The notes: generated from the letters alone by a model not told the origin. A stretch of 64,000 bases of DNA from Candidatus Phoenicimicrobium oleiphilum (GCA_039638295.1 JBDIWJ010000005.1:416-64415); one strand, 5' to 3'; shown: positions 48,750-59,914, counted from the first letter of the stretch. Program-made: numbers and translations.

Positions 48750-50021
48750 TTAATAAGTAGCATCTAACCTTGGGAAGACACACTCAGTTTCAGCATCTTC
48801 AAAAGGCCAAACTACCTTGGATTCACCATTAATTACTTGTATAATTGTTGCTCTAGCATAAGGATTGTCTCCTTTTCCATCAAAAGTTACACGATTTACT
48901 GGAAAAGTTTCCACCGCAGGACCAGAGGTTAAATCGAGTGCTAAAAATGCTTTCCGTAAATTGTCTGGGTTTAGCGGATCATCTGGAGAAAGATTCCCCG
49001 AAAGTTCAAGTGCTTCTTTTAATATCCACATGCCATAATAGTTCATTCCCGCAGCTTCAGTAGGTATATGTCCAACTTTAGCGGCATATTCTTCAACAAA
49101 TTTGTTATTTTGGGGAGTATTTTTAGCCGGGTTATAACTGTAAGTATTGGAATAATGTTCAGATATTTCTCCTAATGATTTTATAGATTCAGGATCCGTG
49201 TATCCACATGCGCCCATACCCGAAATAAATTTGGGAATTTTCCCTAATTCTTTAAAGGTCTTGGCAAATATAATTGCATCCATAAAATAAGGGCAGTGAA
49301 CCACAAAGTCTGATTTGGCTGTAGCAATTCCATGGACAATAGAGGAAGCATCGGTAATATCATAAGGATATTCCTTTTGGTACACAATAGTAAGACCATT
49401 ATCTAAGGCAGCTTGAACAGCACCTATTGCATTACTTCTTCCAAAAGAAGAGTCCTCATTTAAGATGGCAATTTTTTCGATAGAGACTCCGGCTTTTTCA
49501 GCTGCTTCTAAGACAAATTCAACAGCAGATCTGCCATGCATACTCGCTTTCGGTGCAGGTCTAAATAGATATTGACGTCCCATCTCAGTTACACTATCTA
49601 CTAAAGCATCAGCAACTAGAATAACTCTTTCTCTTTCGGTAATTTCAGATGCTGCTGTAGTTAGTCGGCTAATATAAAGGCCTAAAATAGCTACAGGATG
49701 ATGTTTACTTATCAGACTTTCCGCTGCTAAGCGAGCACTCATTGCAGTTTCTCCTACATCTTCCGTTACCAATTCTAAAGGAATGTTACCTAATGATTGA
49801 ATTCCGCCAGATTCATTGATATGCTGTACAGCAAGCTCCATCCCTATTTTCGCTTCGGTGCCAAATACTGCGTGAGCACCAGTAAGGGGTTCGAGACATC
49901 CAACTATAATTTTTTCAGGTAATTTCTCAGCTAAAACTGCAGAACTGAATATTAATAAACTCGCCAAAACAATAATTGAAAATTTTCCGACAAAACATAA
50001 ATTAAATTTCTTCCCCAACAT
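48750..50021 (-). CDS. livK: Branched-chain amino-acid ABC transporter substrate-binding protein (LivK/LivJ-like), secreted
   Basis: Signal peptide, Peripla_BP_6-like 423 aa. Confidence 0.75.
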   Translation of the reverse strand: MLGKKFNLCFVGKFSIIVLASLLIFSSAVLAEKLPEKIIVGCLEPLTGAHAVFGTEAKIGMELAVQHINESGGIQSLGNIPLELVTEDVGETAMSARLAAESLISKHHPVAILGLYISRLTTAASEITERERVILVADALVDSVTEMGRQYLFRPAPKASMHGRSAVEFVLEAAEKAGVSIEKIAILNEDSSFGRSNAIGAVQAALDNGLTIVYQKEYPYDITDASSIVHGIATAKSDFVVHCPYFMDAIIFAKTFKELGKIPKFISGMGACGYTDPESIKSLGEISEHYSNTYSYNPAKNTPQNNKFVEEYAAKVGHIPTEAAGMNYYGMWILKEALELSGNLSPDDPLNPDNLRKAFLALDLTSGPAVETFPVNRVTFDGKGDNPYARATIIQVINGESKVVWPFEDAETECVFPRLDATY

Positions 50022-50282
50022 TTTCCTTATTGCCTCCTTTTTTAAATTTTAACCATTTTTAAAAAACTATTATTTTAAATAAGCATCCACCTCCTTAACA
50101 AAGTTATCTATTTTTGGTATATTCATTATATTTTAAAAAAATATTCTGGTCAAGAAGGGTGTTTGTAGGGGTATGGCGCATCGTGTCCCTACTTCTGACT
50201 CCTGGCTTCTGGATTCCGATTCCTTCTTTTATAACTAAACGTTAAATGCTAAATGCCATAAATTCCTTGTTAGATGTATTTA

Positions 50283-51623
50283 CTAGTAACTATTTTTCAA
50301 AGTCTGTAAAACTATCTTTTGGATTACTTTAGCACATCTTTCCCCGGTTTTATAATTAGGAATTCCATATCTTTTTAACTCTTCGATTCCTTCCTTTACC
50401 GATCTACCAGCCATAAAGCAAGCAAATATCGGTCTCTTTATGCTCTTTTTTGCTTCCCCTACGGCTTGGGCAATTCTTACAGAATCCATATAAGCAGTAG
50501 GAACAAATATAACAATTATGGCATCATATTCAGGAGCAATAGCCTTACATACAGAAGCAAAGGTCTCTGCACTGCCATAAGCTAAAAGGTCAAAAGGATT
50601 CCTTAAAGAAACATGGGGAGGAAGTAAATTTTTTAGTCTATTCTTTAAGGTAGATGAAGGTTCTGGGACCTGTAAACCTAAATCTTCTAACTTATCGGTA
50701 GTCATAACTGCTGGGCCTCCTGCGTTAGTTACTACAGCAATCCTCTCTCCCTCAATCCGAGGATAATAAATTAACCCTCGACTTAAATCAAACATCTCTT
50801 CCACATCATCAACCCGTAAAATTCTAAACTGTTTAAAAGCTGCATCATATATCCTATCCTCTCCAGCTAAAGAGCCAGTATGAGAGGAAGTAGCCCTTAT
50901 CCCTGCTTCGTATTTGCCAGCTTTAATAGCAATAATAGGTTTCTTGCTCACAGTTTCTCTGGCCTCTTTTAAAAACTTTCTCCCCTCCTGTAACCCTTCA
51001 ATATATATAGTAATAACTTGAGTTTGAGGGTCCTCTCGCAAATAACTGATTAAATCTGCTTCATCGACATCACATCTATTCCCATAACTTACAAATTTGG
51101 AAAAACCGAAACCTAATTCCTCTGCCATCATTAAGACTGCTCCACCCAGAGCACCACTCTGGGTAATAAAACCAGTATTACCTGAAAGAGCACGAACTTC
51201 AATACTGGCAAAGAGATTATTTTCAGTATTCATAATACCAGCACAATTAGGACCGATAATCCTCATCTGATATTTTCTGGCAATTTGTTTTATCCTCTCC
51301 TCTTCTTCAAAATTCCCTACCTCAGAAAATCCCGCAGATATTATTATTACTGAATCAACCCTTTGGTTACCTAAATCTTCTAAAAGAGGAGGAATTAATT
51401 GACTCGGGATGGCAATAACTGCCAAATCAATATCTAATTTTTTAAAGTCCGGATATATATTTAATCCGAAGATTTTGCCGCCACTCTGACTTATGGGATA
51501 TATATCCCCCTTAAATCCTCCCTCAACCATATTTTTTACTATCTCAAAACCAGTCTTTCCCTCTTTCATAGATCCAAAAATTGCCACCGACTGAGGGTTA
51601 AAAAAATTTTTCATCCCTTTCAT
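50283..51623 (-). CDS. Acetyl-CoA synthetase (ADP-forming) alpha-subunit-type protein (CoA-binding + succinyl-CoA-synthetase-like domains)
   Basis: PQSVAIFGSMKEGKTGFEI CoA-binding N-terminus, 446 aa. Confidence 0.75.
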   Translation of the reverse strand: MKGMKNFFNPQSVAIFGSMKEGKTGFEIVKNMVEGGFKGDIYPISQSGGKIFGLNIYPDFKKLDIDLAVIAIPSQLIPPLLEDLGNQRVDSVIIISAGFSEVGNFEEEERIKQIARKYQMRIIGPNCAGIMNTENNLFASIEVRALSGNTGFITQSGALGGAVLMMAEELGFGFSKFVSYGNRCDVDEADLISYLREDPQTQVITIYIEGLQEGRKFLKEARETVSKKPIIAIKAGKYEAGIRATSSHTGSLAGEDRIYDAAFKQFRILRVDDVEEMFDLSRGLIYYPRIEGERIAVVTNAGGPAVMTTDKLEDLGLQVPEPSSTLKNRLKNLLPPHVSLRNPFDLLAYGSAETFASVCKAIAPEYDAIIVIFVPTAYMDSVRIAQAVGEAKKSIKRPIFACFMAGRSVKEGIEELKRYGIPNYKTGERCAKVIQKIVLQTLKNSY

Positions 51624-52207
51624 ACTACCGTTCCTTCTGCTACTTCATAGCCTTGTTTAAAAGCAGCAATATTCTTATCTAATTCATAAGGTATATGTTT
51701 CTTTAAAACCGCTAACATAACTTCTTTATCAAATGAAGAGAGATAGGTTATCACCCCTAACAAGACAATATTTTCTGCTAAAGGAAGTCCGACTTCCGAA
51801 GCAATTTTCCCCGCATCTATCCAGATTATCCTTGCCTTCGACTCTTTAAATAACCTGATTATCTCCTCATCTTGAGGGTATTTTTCGGGATGGGCCATCA
51901 TATCAATAGGATATATCCTTTTTCTATTTAAAATAACTGTTCCTCCGGGCTTAATAAATTCTAAAGTTTTCAATCCTTCGGATAATTCCATTACTACTAT
52001 TATATCAGCAGAGAGGGGAGGAATTCTTGACCCAAACACTTCGCCTATCCTGACTTCGCAATGAACTGGACCACCTCTCTGAGCCATCCCTACTTCTTTA
52101 TAAAATTTAATCTTTTCACCTTTTTCCAGGGCATAACCAGCAATGATTTGTCCCAATCTTATTACTCCCTGTCCACCTACTCCGATTAAATAAAAATTAT
52201 TTTCCAT
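51620..52207 (-). CDS. iorB: Indolepyruvate:ferredoxin oxidoreductase subunit beta
   Basis: YLIGVGGQGV 2-oxoacid:Fd oxidoreductase gamma-like domain, 195 aa, overlaps iorA. Confidence 0.8.
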   Translation of the reverse strand: MENNFYLIGVGGQGVIRLGQIIAGYALEKGEKIKFYKEVGMAQRGGPVHCEVRIGEVFGSRIPPLSADIIVVMELSEGLKTLEFIKPGGTVILNRKRIYPIDMMAHPEKYPQDEEIIRLFKESKARIIWIDAGKIASEVGLPLAENIVLLGVITYLSSFDKEVMLAVLKKHIPYELDKNIAAFKQGYEVAEGTVV

Positions 52208-54080
52208 CTTTTACCACCTCTATCGTCCCTGTCGGACAAGTAAATTCACACAATCCGCAGCCGAAACAAGCAGAAGTAATTTCCATATAAGGTTTACTAT
52301 TGGCACCTTTGGGATGAAATACCATTGCCGGACAAGCTAAAGAATTCAAGCATACCTGACAGCCTGTACACTGGTCGGTATTTACTTTTCGCTGCGGGAG
52401 TCTAACCTTTCTTTTTTTAGCCTGAAGGGCACACTCCCTTCGGGAGACTACTACCGAAACTCCCGGATACTCTATAGACTTCATCATTATTTTTATAGCT
52501 TCTTCGGGTCTAAAGGGATCAATGATGTTTACCTGTTCTACCCCGCAACCTCGACATATTTCTATAATATCTATACGTGTATGGTCGCTTCCATTTAAAG
52601 GGATGGTCCCGGGGTTCTCTTCAAAACCGGTCATTGCAGTCCAACCATTATCTAAAATAATAATTGTTAAAGGGGCATTTTGATATACAGCATTAATAAG
52701 AGGAGGTATACCAGCATGGAAGAAAGTAGAATCTCCTATGGTGGCTATTACCGGTTTTTTAATTCCTGCCCATTTAAATCCCTGGGCTAAACCTATACTT
52801 GCCCCCATAGCCACTTCTGTCCAACAAGACTCAAAGGGTTTATTCATCCCTAAAATAGTACATCCGATATCACCAGTGATAATAATTTCATCTTTTCTAT
52901 ACTTCAAATTTTTTATCGCTCTGTTTAAAGCAAAATAAGTTCCTCGATGAGGACAACCTATACAGAAAGAAGTAGGACGTTTAATTTCTAATTCTTTAGC
53001 TTTCTCTAAAATTTTAGGGTCTTGCTCAGATTCAAGTCTTGTTTTTAAAAGTACTTCTAGAGCATTTTTTATCTTTTTAAAGGAATAATTTCCGAGTAAA
53101 GGCAGGGTTTTATCCAATTTTCCTAAAATTTCCACTTTTTTATCATTAAGAGAAGCAATCCTTAACACTTCTGCTTCTACAAAGGGGTCTAATTCTTCTA
53201 AGATAAGCACCTTATCTACTCTTTCTAAAAATCTTCTTATCCTTTCCTCGGGCAAGGGGTGAACCATACCTATCTTTAACCAGGAAAATTTTAAATTATA
53301 TTTTTTTAAAGCCTCCTTAAAATTTCCTTCCACTGCCCCGGCATAAATTACTCCACATTTACTATCTTGTTCTAAGTGTGTTTCGTTTACTTTTATTCCA
53401 GATTCAGTAGTATAATTATCGACAATCTTTGAAGCTTGCACTAATCGATTAAGGGCATCCTGGTGTTGAGCTATACACCAGGTAGCACCTGCCTTAGTAT
53501 ATTTAGCTATATTACGTTCGAAACTTGCTTCCCTTTTTTCTAATTTTAATTTCTTATCTATTTCAACATCAGAAGCAACATGGGAAACATCAGTGGTTGA
53601 CCTTAGAAAAATGGGACCCCCAATCTTTTCCGAAATTTCAAAGGCAAGTTTTATATAATCTAAACATTCCTGTTGAGAAGCAAGATCAAGCATAGGAATT
53701 ACCATTGACCTGGCATAATATCGGGAATCTTGTTCTGGCATCCCTGCATTTGCCCCCGGGTCATCAGCCACGAAAATGACAAATCCTCCGCGGCATCCAC
53801 TATATGCAATAGAAGCTAAAGAATCAGCCGCTACATTCACTCCTGACATCTTCATAGTAACCAGAGATCTTTTCCCTGCCCAGGCTGCACCTGCCGCAAT
53901 TTCCAAAGCCACTTTTTCATTTATACTCCATTCTATATGAATTCCCAGATCTTTTGCCTCAGATAGTAGAGTAAGAATTACCTCTGTTGAGGGAGTGCCC
54001 GGATATCCGCAGATTACTTCTACTCCCGATTCAATTACTCCTTCAGCAATAGCTTCGTTTCCGGTTAATAATTTTTTCAA
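52197..54080 (-). CDS. iorA: Indolepyruvate:ferredoxin oxidoreductase subunit alpha (TPP-binding, two C-terminal 4Fe-4S clusters)
   Basis: 627 aa, TPP motif GDIGCT, ferredoxin CxxCxxCxxxCP motifs near C-terminus. Confidence 0.8.
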   Translation of the reverse strand: MKKLLTGNEAIAEGVIESGVEVICGYPGTPSTEVILTLLSEAKDLGIHIEWSINEKVALEIAAGAAWAGKRSLVTMKMSGVNVAADSLASIAYSGCRGGFVIFVADDPGANAGMPEQDSRYYARSMVIPMLDLASQQECLDYIKLAFEISEKIGGPIFLRSTTDVSHVASDVEIDKKLKLEKREASFERNIAKYTKAGATWCIAQHQDALNRLVQASKIVDNYTTESGIKVNETHLEQDSKCGVIYAGAVEGNFKEALKKYNLKFSWLKIGMVHPLPEERIRRFLERVDKVLILEELDPFVEAEVLRIASLNDKKVEILGKLDKTLPLLGNYSFKKIKNALEVLLKTRLESEQDPKILEKAKELEIKRPTSFCIGCPHRGTYFALNRAIKNLKYRKDEIIITGDIGCTILGMNKPFESCWTEVAMGASIGLAQGFKWAGIKKPVIATIGDSTFFHAGIPPLINAVYQNAPLTIIILDNGWTAMTGFEENPGTIPLNGSDHTRIDIIEICRGCGVEQVNIIDPFRPEEAIKIMMKSIEYPGVSVVVSRRECALQAKKRKVRLPQRKVNTDQCTGCQVCLNSLACPAMVFHPKGANSKPYMEITSACFGCGLCEFTCPTGTIEVVKDGK

Positions 54081-54171
54081 ACCTATTCCTCCTATACACC
54101 AGTTTATACTGGTTTAAGATAGTTTTCTTTTTTAAAAACTTTAATAATCTAAATAAATTTCATCTTTCTTT

Positions 54172-54837
54172 CTACCCCAATCCGGGAATTTCTAATTTTT
54201 TCTCTAACATATCAAGAAACTTGGTAACTACAGAAACCATTAATAGATATATTATCCCTACAACCAGAAAAACCTCAGTATACTTAAAATAACGGGTAGC
54301 AATAATCTTTCCGGCACCAGTTAATTCTACGCAAGTTACCATAAAAGCCAGGGAAGAATATTTTACTAAATAGATAATTTCGTTGGAACAGCCTGGAATG
54401 GCTCTCCTCAAGGCTTGAGGAAGAATTATATATAAAATTGCTTGAACTCTGCTCATCCCCAAGGCCTCAGCAGCCATCATTTGACCACTTTTAATTGACT
54501 GTATTGCTCCCCTTATATATTCAGAATGATAGGCACAACTACAAAGAATAAAACCGATAACCGCAGCTACAAAGGGAGAAAAGAAAATACCCACCGAGGG
54601 TAGACCATAATAAAGGATAAAAAGTTGAACCAGTAAGGGGGTACCTCGGAAAAAAATTACATAGACAGCACAAAGAAATGAGATAATTCTATTTCCATAA
54701 ACCCTACCTACTGCTATTAAAACCCCCAAAATTAGACCCAGAGGGATGGAAAAAATTATTAGTTTAATGGTAACTAAAGTCCCCTCAAATAAGGAGGGTA
54801 AGAGAATCTCTCGAATAAAATAATAAAATTCATTCAT
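54172..54837 (-). CDS. Polar amino-acid ABC transporter permease
   Basis: His/Glu/Gln/Arg/opine permease pattern, 221 aa. Confidence 0.75.
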   Translation of the reverse strand: MNEFYYFIREILLPSLFEGTLVTIKLIIFSIPLGLILGVLIAVGRVYGNRIISFLCAVYVIFFRGTPLLVQLFILYYGLPSVGIFFSPFVAAVIGFILCSCAYHSEYIRGAIQSIKSGQMMAAEALGMSRVQAILYIILPQALRRAIPGCSNEIIYLVKYSSLAFMVTCVELTGAGKIIATRYFKYTEVFLVVGIIYLLMVSVVTKFLDMLEKKLEIPGLG

Positions 54838-54848
54838 ATTTTTTCACT

Positions 54849-55613
54849 CTATTCTCCGTATAATTCAGTTATCTTTTTAAGAAATCTTTTAGTACGTTCA
54901 TATTTAGGATTATTAAAAAGTTGATAAGGTGGTCCGCTTTCTAATATTTTACCATCTTCCATAAATATTATTTCGTTTGCCACAGAACGGGCAAAACCCA
55001 TTTCATGAGTTACCAAGATCATAGTCATCCCTTGTATTGCTAAATTTTTTATAACTTCCAGTACTTCTCCGATTAACTCAGGGTCGAGGGCAGAAGTAGG
55101 TTCATCAAAAAGCATAACTTTTGGGTCCATTGCCAAAGCCCTGGCAATAGAAACTCGCTGTTTCTGTCCTCCCGAAAGCTGAGCAGGATATAAATTAGCC
55201 TGTTCTTCTAAACCAACCTTCTTCAACTCTTCTATTGCTTTCTGTCTGGCTTCATCTTTGTCCATTCTTTTTACCCTGGTTAATCCTATTTCCACATTCC
55301 CCAAAGCAGTTAAATGATCAAACAAATTAAAATCCTGAAAAACCATCCCCATCTTCTGACGGAATTGATTGATATTCTTTTTTGTGTGAATCACTTCTTC
55401 CCCCTCTAACCAGATTCGTCCTTTATCTGGTATCGTTAATTGATTTATACAACGAAGAAGGGTACTCTTGCCTGTTCCCGAAGGACCAATAATAACTTTA
55501 GTCTCACCCTTTCTCACCTTAAAAGATATGCCTTTCAATATATCTTGACCCCTATATTTTTTATGAATATCTTCAACCTCTAAAACTACAACTTTATCTA
55601 TACCTTTTTGCAT
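54849..55613 (-). CDS. Polar amino-acid ABC transporter ATP-binding protein (GlnQ-like)
   Basis: IIGPSGTGKSTLLRCIN, LSGGQKQRVSIARAL. Confidence 0.85.
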   Translation of the reverse strand: MQKGIDKVVVLEVEDIHKKYRGQDILKGISFKVRKGETKVIIGPSGTGKSTLLRCINQLTIPDKGRIWLEGEEVIHTKKNINQFRQKMGMVFQDFNLFDHLTALGNVEIGLTRVKRMDKDEARQKAIEELKKVGLEEQANLYPAQLSGGQKQRVSIARALAMDPKVMLFDEPTSALDPELIGEVLEVIKNLAIQGMTMILVTHEMGFARSVANEIIFMEDGKILESGPPYQLFNNPKYERTKRFLKKITELYGE

Positions 55614-55618
55614 TTAGT

Positions 55619-56302
55619 TTAAATCTCCCTTCTCCCATATGCATAACCAGGAATTCTTACTTTTTTCTCCAAAAGATTAAGAACTTTTACTCCACCATAA
55701 GTTAAAAGGAGAAAAATTAGGGCACAGGTAAGAAAAACTGGCATCGGTTTATAGGTACGAGTAGAAATAAAATTTGCTCTGGTTAAAAGCTCCATTACAC
55801 CGATAGCATAACTAACTGCTGAATCCTTTAAGATAATTGAATACTCATTTGACCATCCTGGGATAGAAATTCTCAGGGCTTGAGGTAAGATAATATTCCA
55901 GATAGCCTGAATCTTACTCATTCCTAAAGATCGAGCAGCTAACATCTGCCCTTCTCCGAGTGACTGTATACTTCCCCTAAAAATCTGCGACTGATAAGCA
56001 GCACTTCTTAAACCCAAAACCAGGATAGCAGAGGTAAAAGCAGGTAAATTAAGCCCCATAAGAGAAAATAATCCAAAATAAAAAAGAAAAAGGAGGACCA
56101 AAACGGGAAGTCCTCGGAAGAACCAGACATAAAAGAAAATCAGATTAGCAATTAATTTATTACCATAGACCTGTCCCACGGCCATAGGAATACCCATAAT
56201 AAATCCCAAAAATAAAGCTCCTCCCACTAATCCTATGGTTACCAGGGAACCTCTAAGTAGATAAGGAAGAGCTTGAAAAATCATTAAAAAATTTTCAACC
56301 AT
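55619..56302 (-). CDS. Polar amino-acid ABC transporter permease (second)
   Basis: 227 aa, same family as 54172-54837. Confidence 0.75.
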   Translation of the reverse strand: MVENFLMIFQALPYLLRGSLVTIGLVGGALFLGFIMGIPMAVGQVYGNKLIANLIFFYVWFFRGLPVLVLLFLFYFGLFSLMGLNLPAFTSAILVLGLRSAAYQSQIFRGSIQSLGEGQMLAARSLGMSKIQAIWNIILPQALRISIPGWSNEYSIILKDSAVSYAIGVMELLTRANFISTRTYKPMPVFLTCALIFLLLTYGGVKVLNLLEKKVRIPGYAYGRREI

Positions 56303-56408
56303 AACTTTACCTTTTTTATTTTTAAATATAGAGGGATGCTAATGATTAACAAAACATCCCTCTATATTTAGATTTTTATAATTAATTTATTTAATTTTCT
56401 CCTTTATT

Positions 56409-57182
56409 CTATTCAGTGAAATATTTAGCTATTAACTCATCCCATTTTGGCGACTTTTTCAATCTGTTTATTCCTTCATTAAGCATTTCTTTTAATTCTT
56501 TATCTTCTTTCCGGACTGCTACTCCATATTCTTCACCAGTCTTAATTATCCCCACAATCTTAATAGGTTGCCCTTTCCTTAAAGCATCTTCAATCATAAC
56601 ATCATCCATCATAGCTGAATCTATTCTTCCATTTATTAAATCTTTTAAGGCTAAAGAAAAACTTTCATACAATTTTAGATTATCTTTTGGAAGTATGCCA
56701 GTTTTTATTAGATGTTCTTCAATCCACTCAGCAGCCGTACAACCCCTCTGACTTCCTACAGTATATTTACCGCATAAAGCAGCTATAATATTGAGGTCTG
56801 AATCTTCACGAACACAAAGTGCCTGATTGATTTCCCAGTAAGCTATGGAAAAATCTACTACCTTCTTTCTCTCTTCGGTGATAGACATACCTGAATAGAT
56901 GAGATCTATCTTCCCGGCTAATAAACTGGGTATTATACCATCCCAGGCTGTTGGTTGATGTTTAACCTCAAAGCCCATCTCTTGAGCAATCCAATCTAAA
57001 CACTCTACATCAAATCCAGCAGGATTACCCTTTTCGTCTACATAGGCAAAGGGAGGATAATCTGGATCAATACCGTTAACATATACTTTCTCTGCTGCCA
57101 ATAAATTACTCCCCCAAATACCAACAAATAACAAGATGAAAATCACCATTAATATCAATTTATTATTTCTCATTTTTTTCAC
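56409..57182 (-). CDS. Amino-acid ABC transporter substrate-binding protein (SBP_bac_3), secreted
   Basis: Signal peptide, 257 aa family-3 binding-protein fold. Confidence 0.75.
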   Translation of the reverse strand: MKKMRNNKLILMVIFILLFVGIWGSNLLAAEKVYVNGIDPDYPPFAYVDEKGNPAGFDVECLDWIAQEMGFEVKHQPTAWDGIIPSLLAGKIDLIYSGMSITEERKKVVDFSIAYWEINQALCVREDSDLNIIAALCGKYTVGSQRGCTAAEWIEEHLIKTGILPKDNLKLYESFSLALKDLINGRIDSAMMDDVMIEDALRKGQPIKIVGIIKTGEEYGVAVRKEDKELKEMLNEGINRLKKSPKWDELIAKYFTE

Positions 57183-57354
57183 CTCCTTCCTATTTTTATT
57201 TTTTGAAATCAGATATAATTTCTTTTTGACTAAAAGAGTCCCTCTTCTTGTCCTTTATATATATTCCACAAAAACTTTTAAAATCCTGCTTTATTTCAAT
57301 AAAATTACAAAAAATTTAAATTAATTTTCTTTCTATAATTCCTTTTTAGAATTT

Positions 57355-58155
57355 TTAAGTCACAAATAACAACATCCTTAAAATTTCAAAATAATTATCG
57401 GTTTCAAACACTAAATTGGTAGAAGAAATCTGTTTTATCCCTGGATAAAAAGATGCTTTATAAGCTCTCCCATGATTTCTAAAAGATAATTCCATTTCAA
57501 AATGCTCAGGTAGTTTTATTTGGCATTTATTGATGTCTCCTTTTAGTACGGACTCAACCCCTTCTTTTATTTTTTCTACCGCAAGCTTAGGATGAATACT
57601 AATTACGGAATTACCCATGCCTTTATTTACTGCCACAGTTTTGATATTTTTATTGACTTTGTTAGCTTCTATACAAATCCCCTCATCTCCACTAATAAAA
57701 GTCACCGGAACTCCCTTAGTTGCAGCAGCATAACTATGAATTAAAAATTCACTGGCAAATTCCCCATTTAATTTTATATAATTAAAAGTAGAAGAACTAA
57801 GCGTATGAGATAAAGGATTAGAACTTGAACTAGCAAAAGAATGATAACCAATCATTAATAAAGCATCAAATGATTCGTCCAATTCCTGAACCATTAAATA
57901 GGGATGTTCACTCCAACCCCGAACCAATTTAATCGTTTGCGGCAAATCATCTGCTAAGATATTTCTTCCGGTACCATGAGCATCTTTAATCCAAATTTCT
58001 TTTGCCCCTGCCTTCATTGCCCCTTCACAGGCTGCCTTGACTTCATTAGTCATTTGCTGGGCAAACCTCTGATAATCAGATTTTGATTTTTCAGTTTCAT
58101 TCCAATGGGTAATTCCAGTAACTCCCTCGATATCTGCACTGATATAAATTTTCAT
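57355..58155 (-). CDS. Peptidase M55 D-aminopeptidase DppA-like
   Basis: MKIYISADIEGVTGI start typical of DppA/M55. Confidence 0.6.
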   Translation of the reverse strand: MKIYISADIEGVTGITHWNETEKSKSDYQRFAQQMTNEVKAACEGAMKAGAKEIWIKDAHGTGRNILADDLPQTIKLVRGWSEHPYLMVQELDESFDALLMIGYHSFASSSSNPLSHTLSSSTFNYIKLNGEFASEFLIHSYAAATKGVPVTFISGDEGICIEANKVNKNIKTVAVNKGMGNSVISIHPKLAVEKIKEGVESVLKGDINKCQIKLPEHFEMELSFRNHGRAYKASFYPGIKQISSTNLVFETDNYFEILRMLLFVT

Positions 58156-58326
58156 AATTCCCTCCTGTAATGATCAATTTTTAAATAAATATATCTTTTG
58201 TATAATATCTTAAAATTACATTAACTATTGTATTTTCCAATCTCGTATTTTATCTTCACACCAGTAGCAAACTTCGAATCGAATAACACTAAACCGGGGA
58301 ACTGGCAAACCGCTTAACTACTTAAT

Positions 58327-59265
58327 CTAAGGTACATAATTTTTTCGCATATGTTCTGATTTTTGGACTAAATTTTTTATATAAATAACTTTATCTTCTT
58401 CTATTTCTAGTGCTGTAACTATATCTGCAAGTTTCCACCCCTTTTCTAAGGCTAATAAAATCAAATCCATCTTTTCATAAGAAATTCTAATTACTTCTTC
58501 GTCATCAGCAAGACCTGGCATCACATCGGGTGAGGGAGACTTCTCAATAATTCTTGCTGGAATATTTAAATAGCGGGCAAGTTCCCTTACCTGAGTTTTA
58601 TATAAATTTCGAAGGGGCATAATGTCAGTGGCATCATCACATCCATATTTTACAAAATATCCAATTTTATATTCAGTTTTATTAGCTGCTCCCACCACCA
58701 ATCTGTTCTCTAATTCAGCATAAAGGTAGAGTAAAATCATCCTTAAGCGATGCTTTATTCGATAATAAGCATTGCCCCTGGCCAGATAAGAACTGTATTC
58801 TTTGTCTTTAAATCCTGAAAGACTTTCTAAAAAAGGGATCTTTCCAGTCTTTCTTTCATAAAAATGATAAGCTTTTTTGACTAAAACACCTTTCAATTTC
58901 CCCCAGGATAGAGTTTTATCCCAGGGGAATAGCTTATATACGCCAAGTTTTTCGAGATAAGGAGTTATATCAACTAATTTTGCTTCAATATTTAATTCCC
59001 GGGCAAAGTTTAGAGCATTTTTAGTGTGTTCTTTTTTCGAATCTTTCTCGGGCATAACTAAAGCCAAAACTTTCTCTGGGCCAAGTGCTCGCTCACATAA
59101 TGCAGCTACTACCGCCGAATCAACTCCTCCACTTAAACCAAATATAACTCCTTCTCTTTCTAATTTATCAGTATATTCTCTGATAAAACTTTCCAAAGAA
59201 AGAGCCACTTTCTCAGTTTCAATCTGCATTTCTGCCTTCAATTTTTCTAAAAGAATATTATTCAA
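58327..59265 (-). CDS. nadE: NAD+ synthetase (PP-loop ATP pyrophosphatase)
   Basis: SGGVDS PP-loop motif in NadE-like context, 312 aa. Confidence 0.6.
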   Translation of the reverse strand: MNNILLEKLKAEMQIETEKVALSLESFIREYTDKLEREGVIFGLSGGVDSAVVAALCERALGPEKVLALVMPEKDSKKEHTKNALNFARELNIEAKLVDITPYLEKLGVYKLFPWDKTLSWGKLKGVLVKKAYHFYERKTGKIPFLESLSGFKDKEYSSYLARGNAYYRIKHRLRMILLYLYAELENRLVVGAANKTEYKIGYFVKYGCDDATDIMPLRNLYKTQVRELARYLNIPARIIEKSPSPDVMPGLADDEEVIRISYEKMDLILLALEKGWKLADIVTALEIEEDKVIYIKNLVQKSEHMRKNYVP

Positions 59266-59317
59266 TCTTTCTTACATCCCGTGAGATATTTTTAAAATTT
59301 TTCAAGCCTTAGCTTTT

Positions 59318-59914
59318 TTAATACTGCAAGTATTTTATAAGTTCAATTTGACTTTGTAATTCATCATCCTCAAATATCTTACTCCTAAGAGGTAGGGCTA
59401 ATTCTGGGTCAATAACCCATTCAGCTACCATTTTATCTTCTTCTTCAGCTGAAAAGAGCTGGCAGATAAATCCTTCTCTTCCGGCAATCTTTTCTTTCCC
59501 TATTATCTTTACTATTCCTGCTCCAAAAAAACTCATCTTTTCTCCTTCCTTTAAATCCATCTGGCTAAAGAAGAAGGCATAAGCAGGATTGATAACCAGC
59601 ATATTTAAGGATATTCCATAAACTCCCCATAGGCCGAAAGCTGTCTCTGGGCCTAACTCATCTTTAGCCAAGGTTCCTTTAGTTGTGTAGGTAACTTCAA
59701 AGACATCTTCATCTTTTTCAGATTTCTTGATATCTAAGATATAGATAACTTCACTTTCTTCCTCATCTTCTTCCAATAATATTTTATACTCAAAGCGTTC
59801 ATTCCCTCTAAATTGGAAAGGTTCCCATTTTCCTGCCCAGACTACCTGTCCTATTCCTGATAAAAATAAGATAATCAACAATACAATTATAAATTTTTTG
59901 CCTACCACTCTCAT
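59318..59914 (-). CDS. Hypothetical secreted protein
   Basis: N-terminal signal peptide; no recognisable family. Confidence 0.4.
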   Translation of the reverse strand: MRVVGKKFIIVLLIILFLSGIGQVVWAGKWEPFQFRGNERFEYKILLEEDEEESEVIYILDIKKSEKDEDVFEVTYTTKGTLAKDELGPETAFGLWGVYGISLNMLVINPAYAFFFSQMDLKEGEKMSFFGAGIVKIIGKEKIAGREGFICQLFSAEEEDKMVAEWVIDPELALPLRSKIFEDDELQSQIELIKYLQY

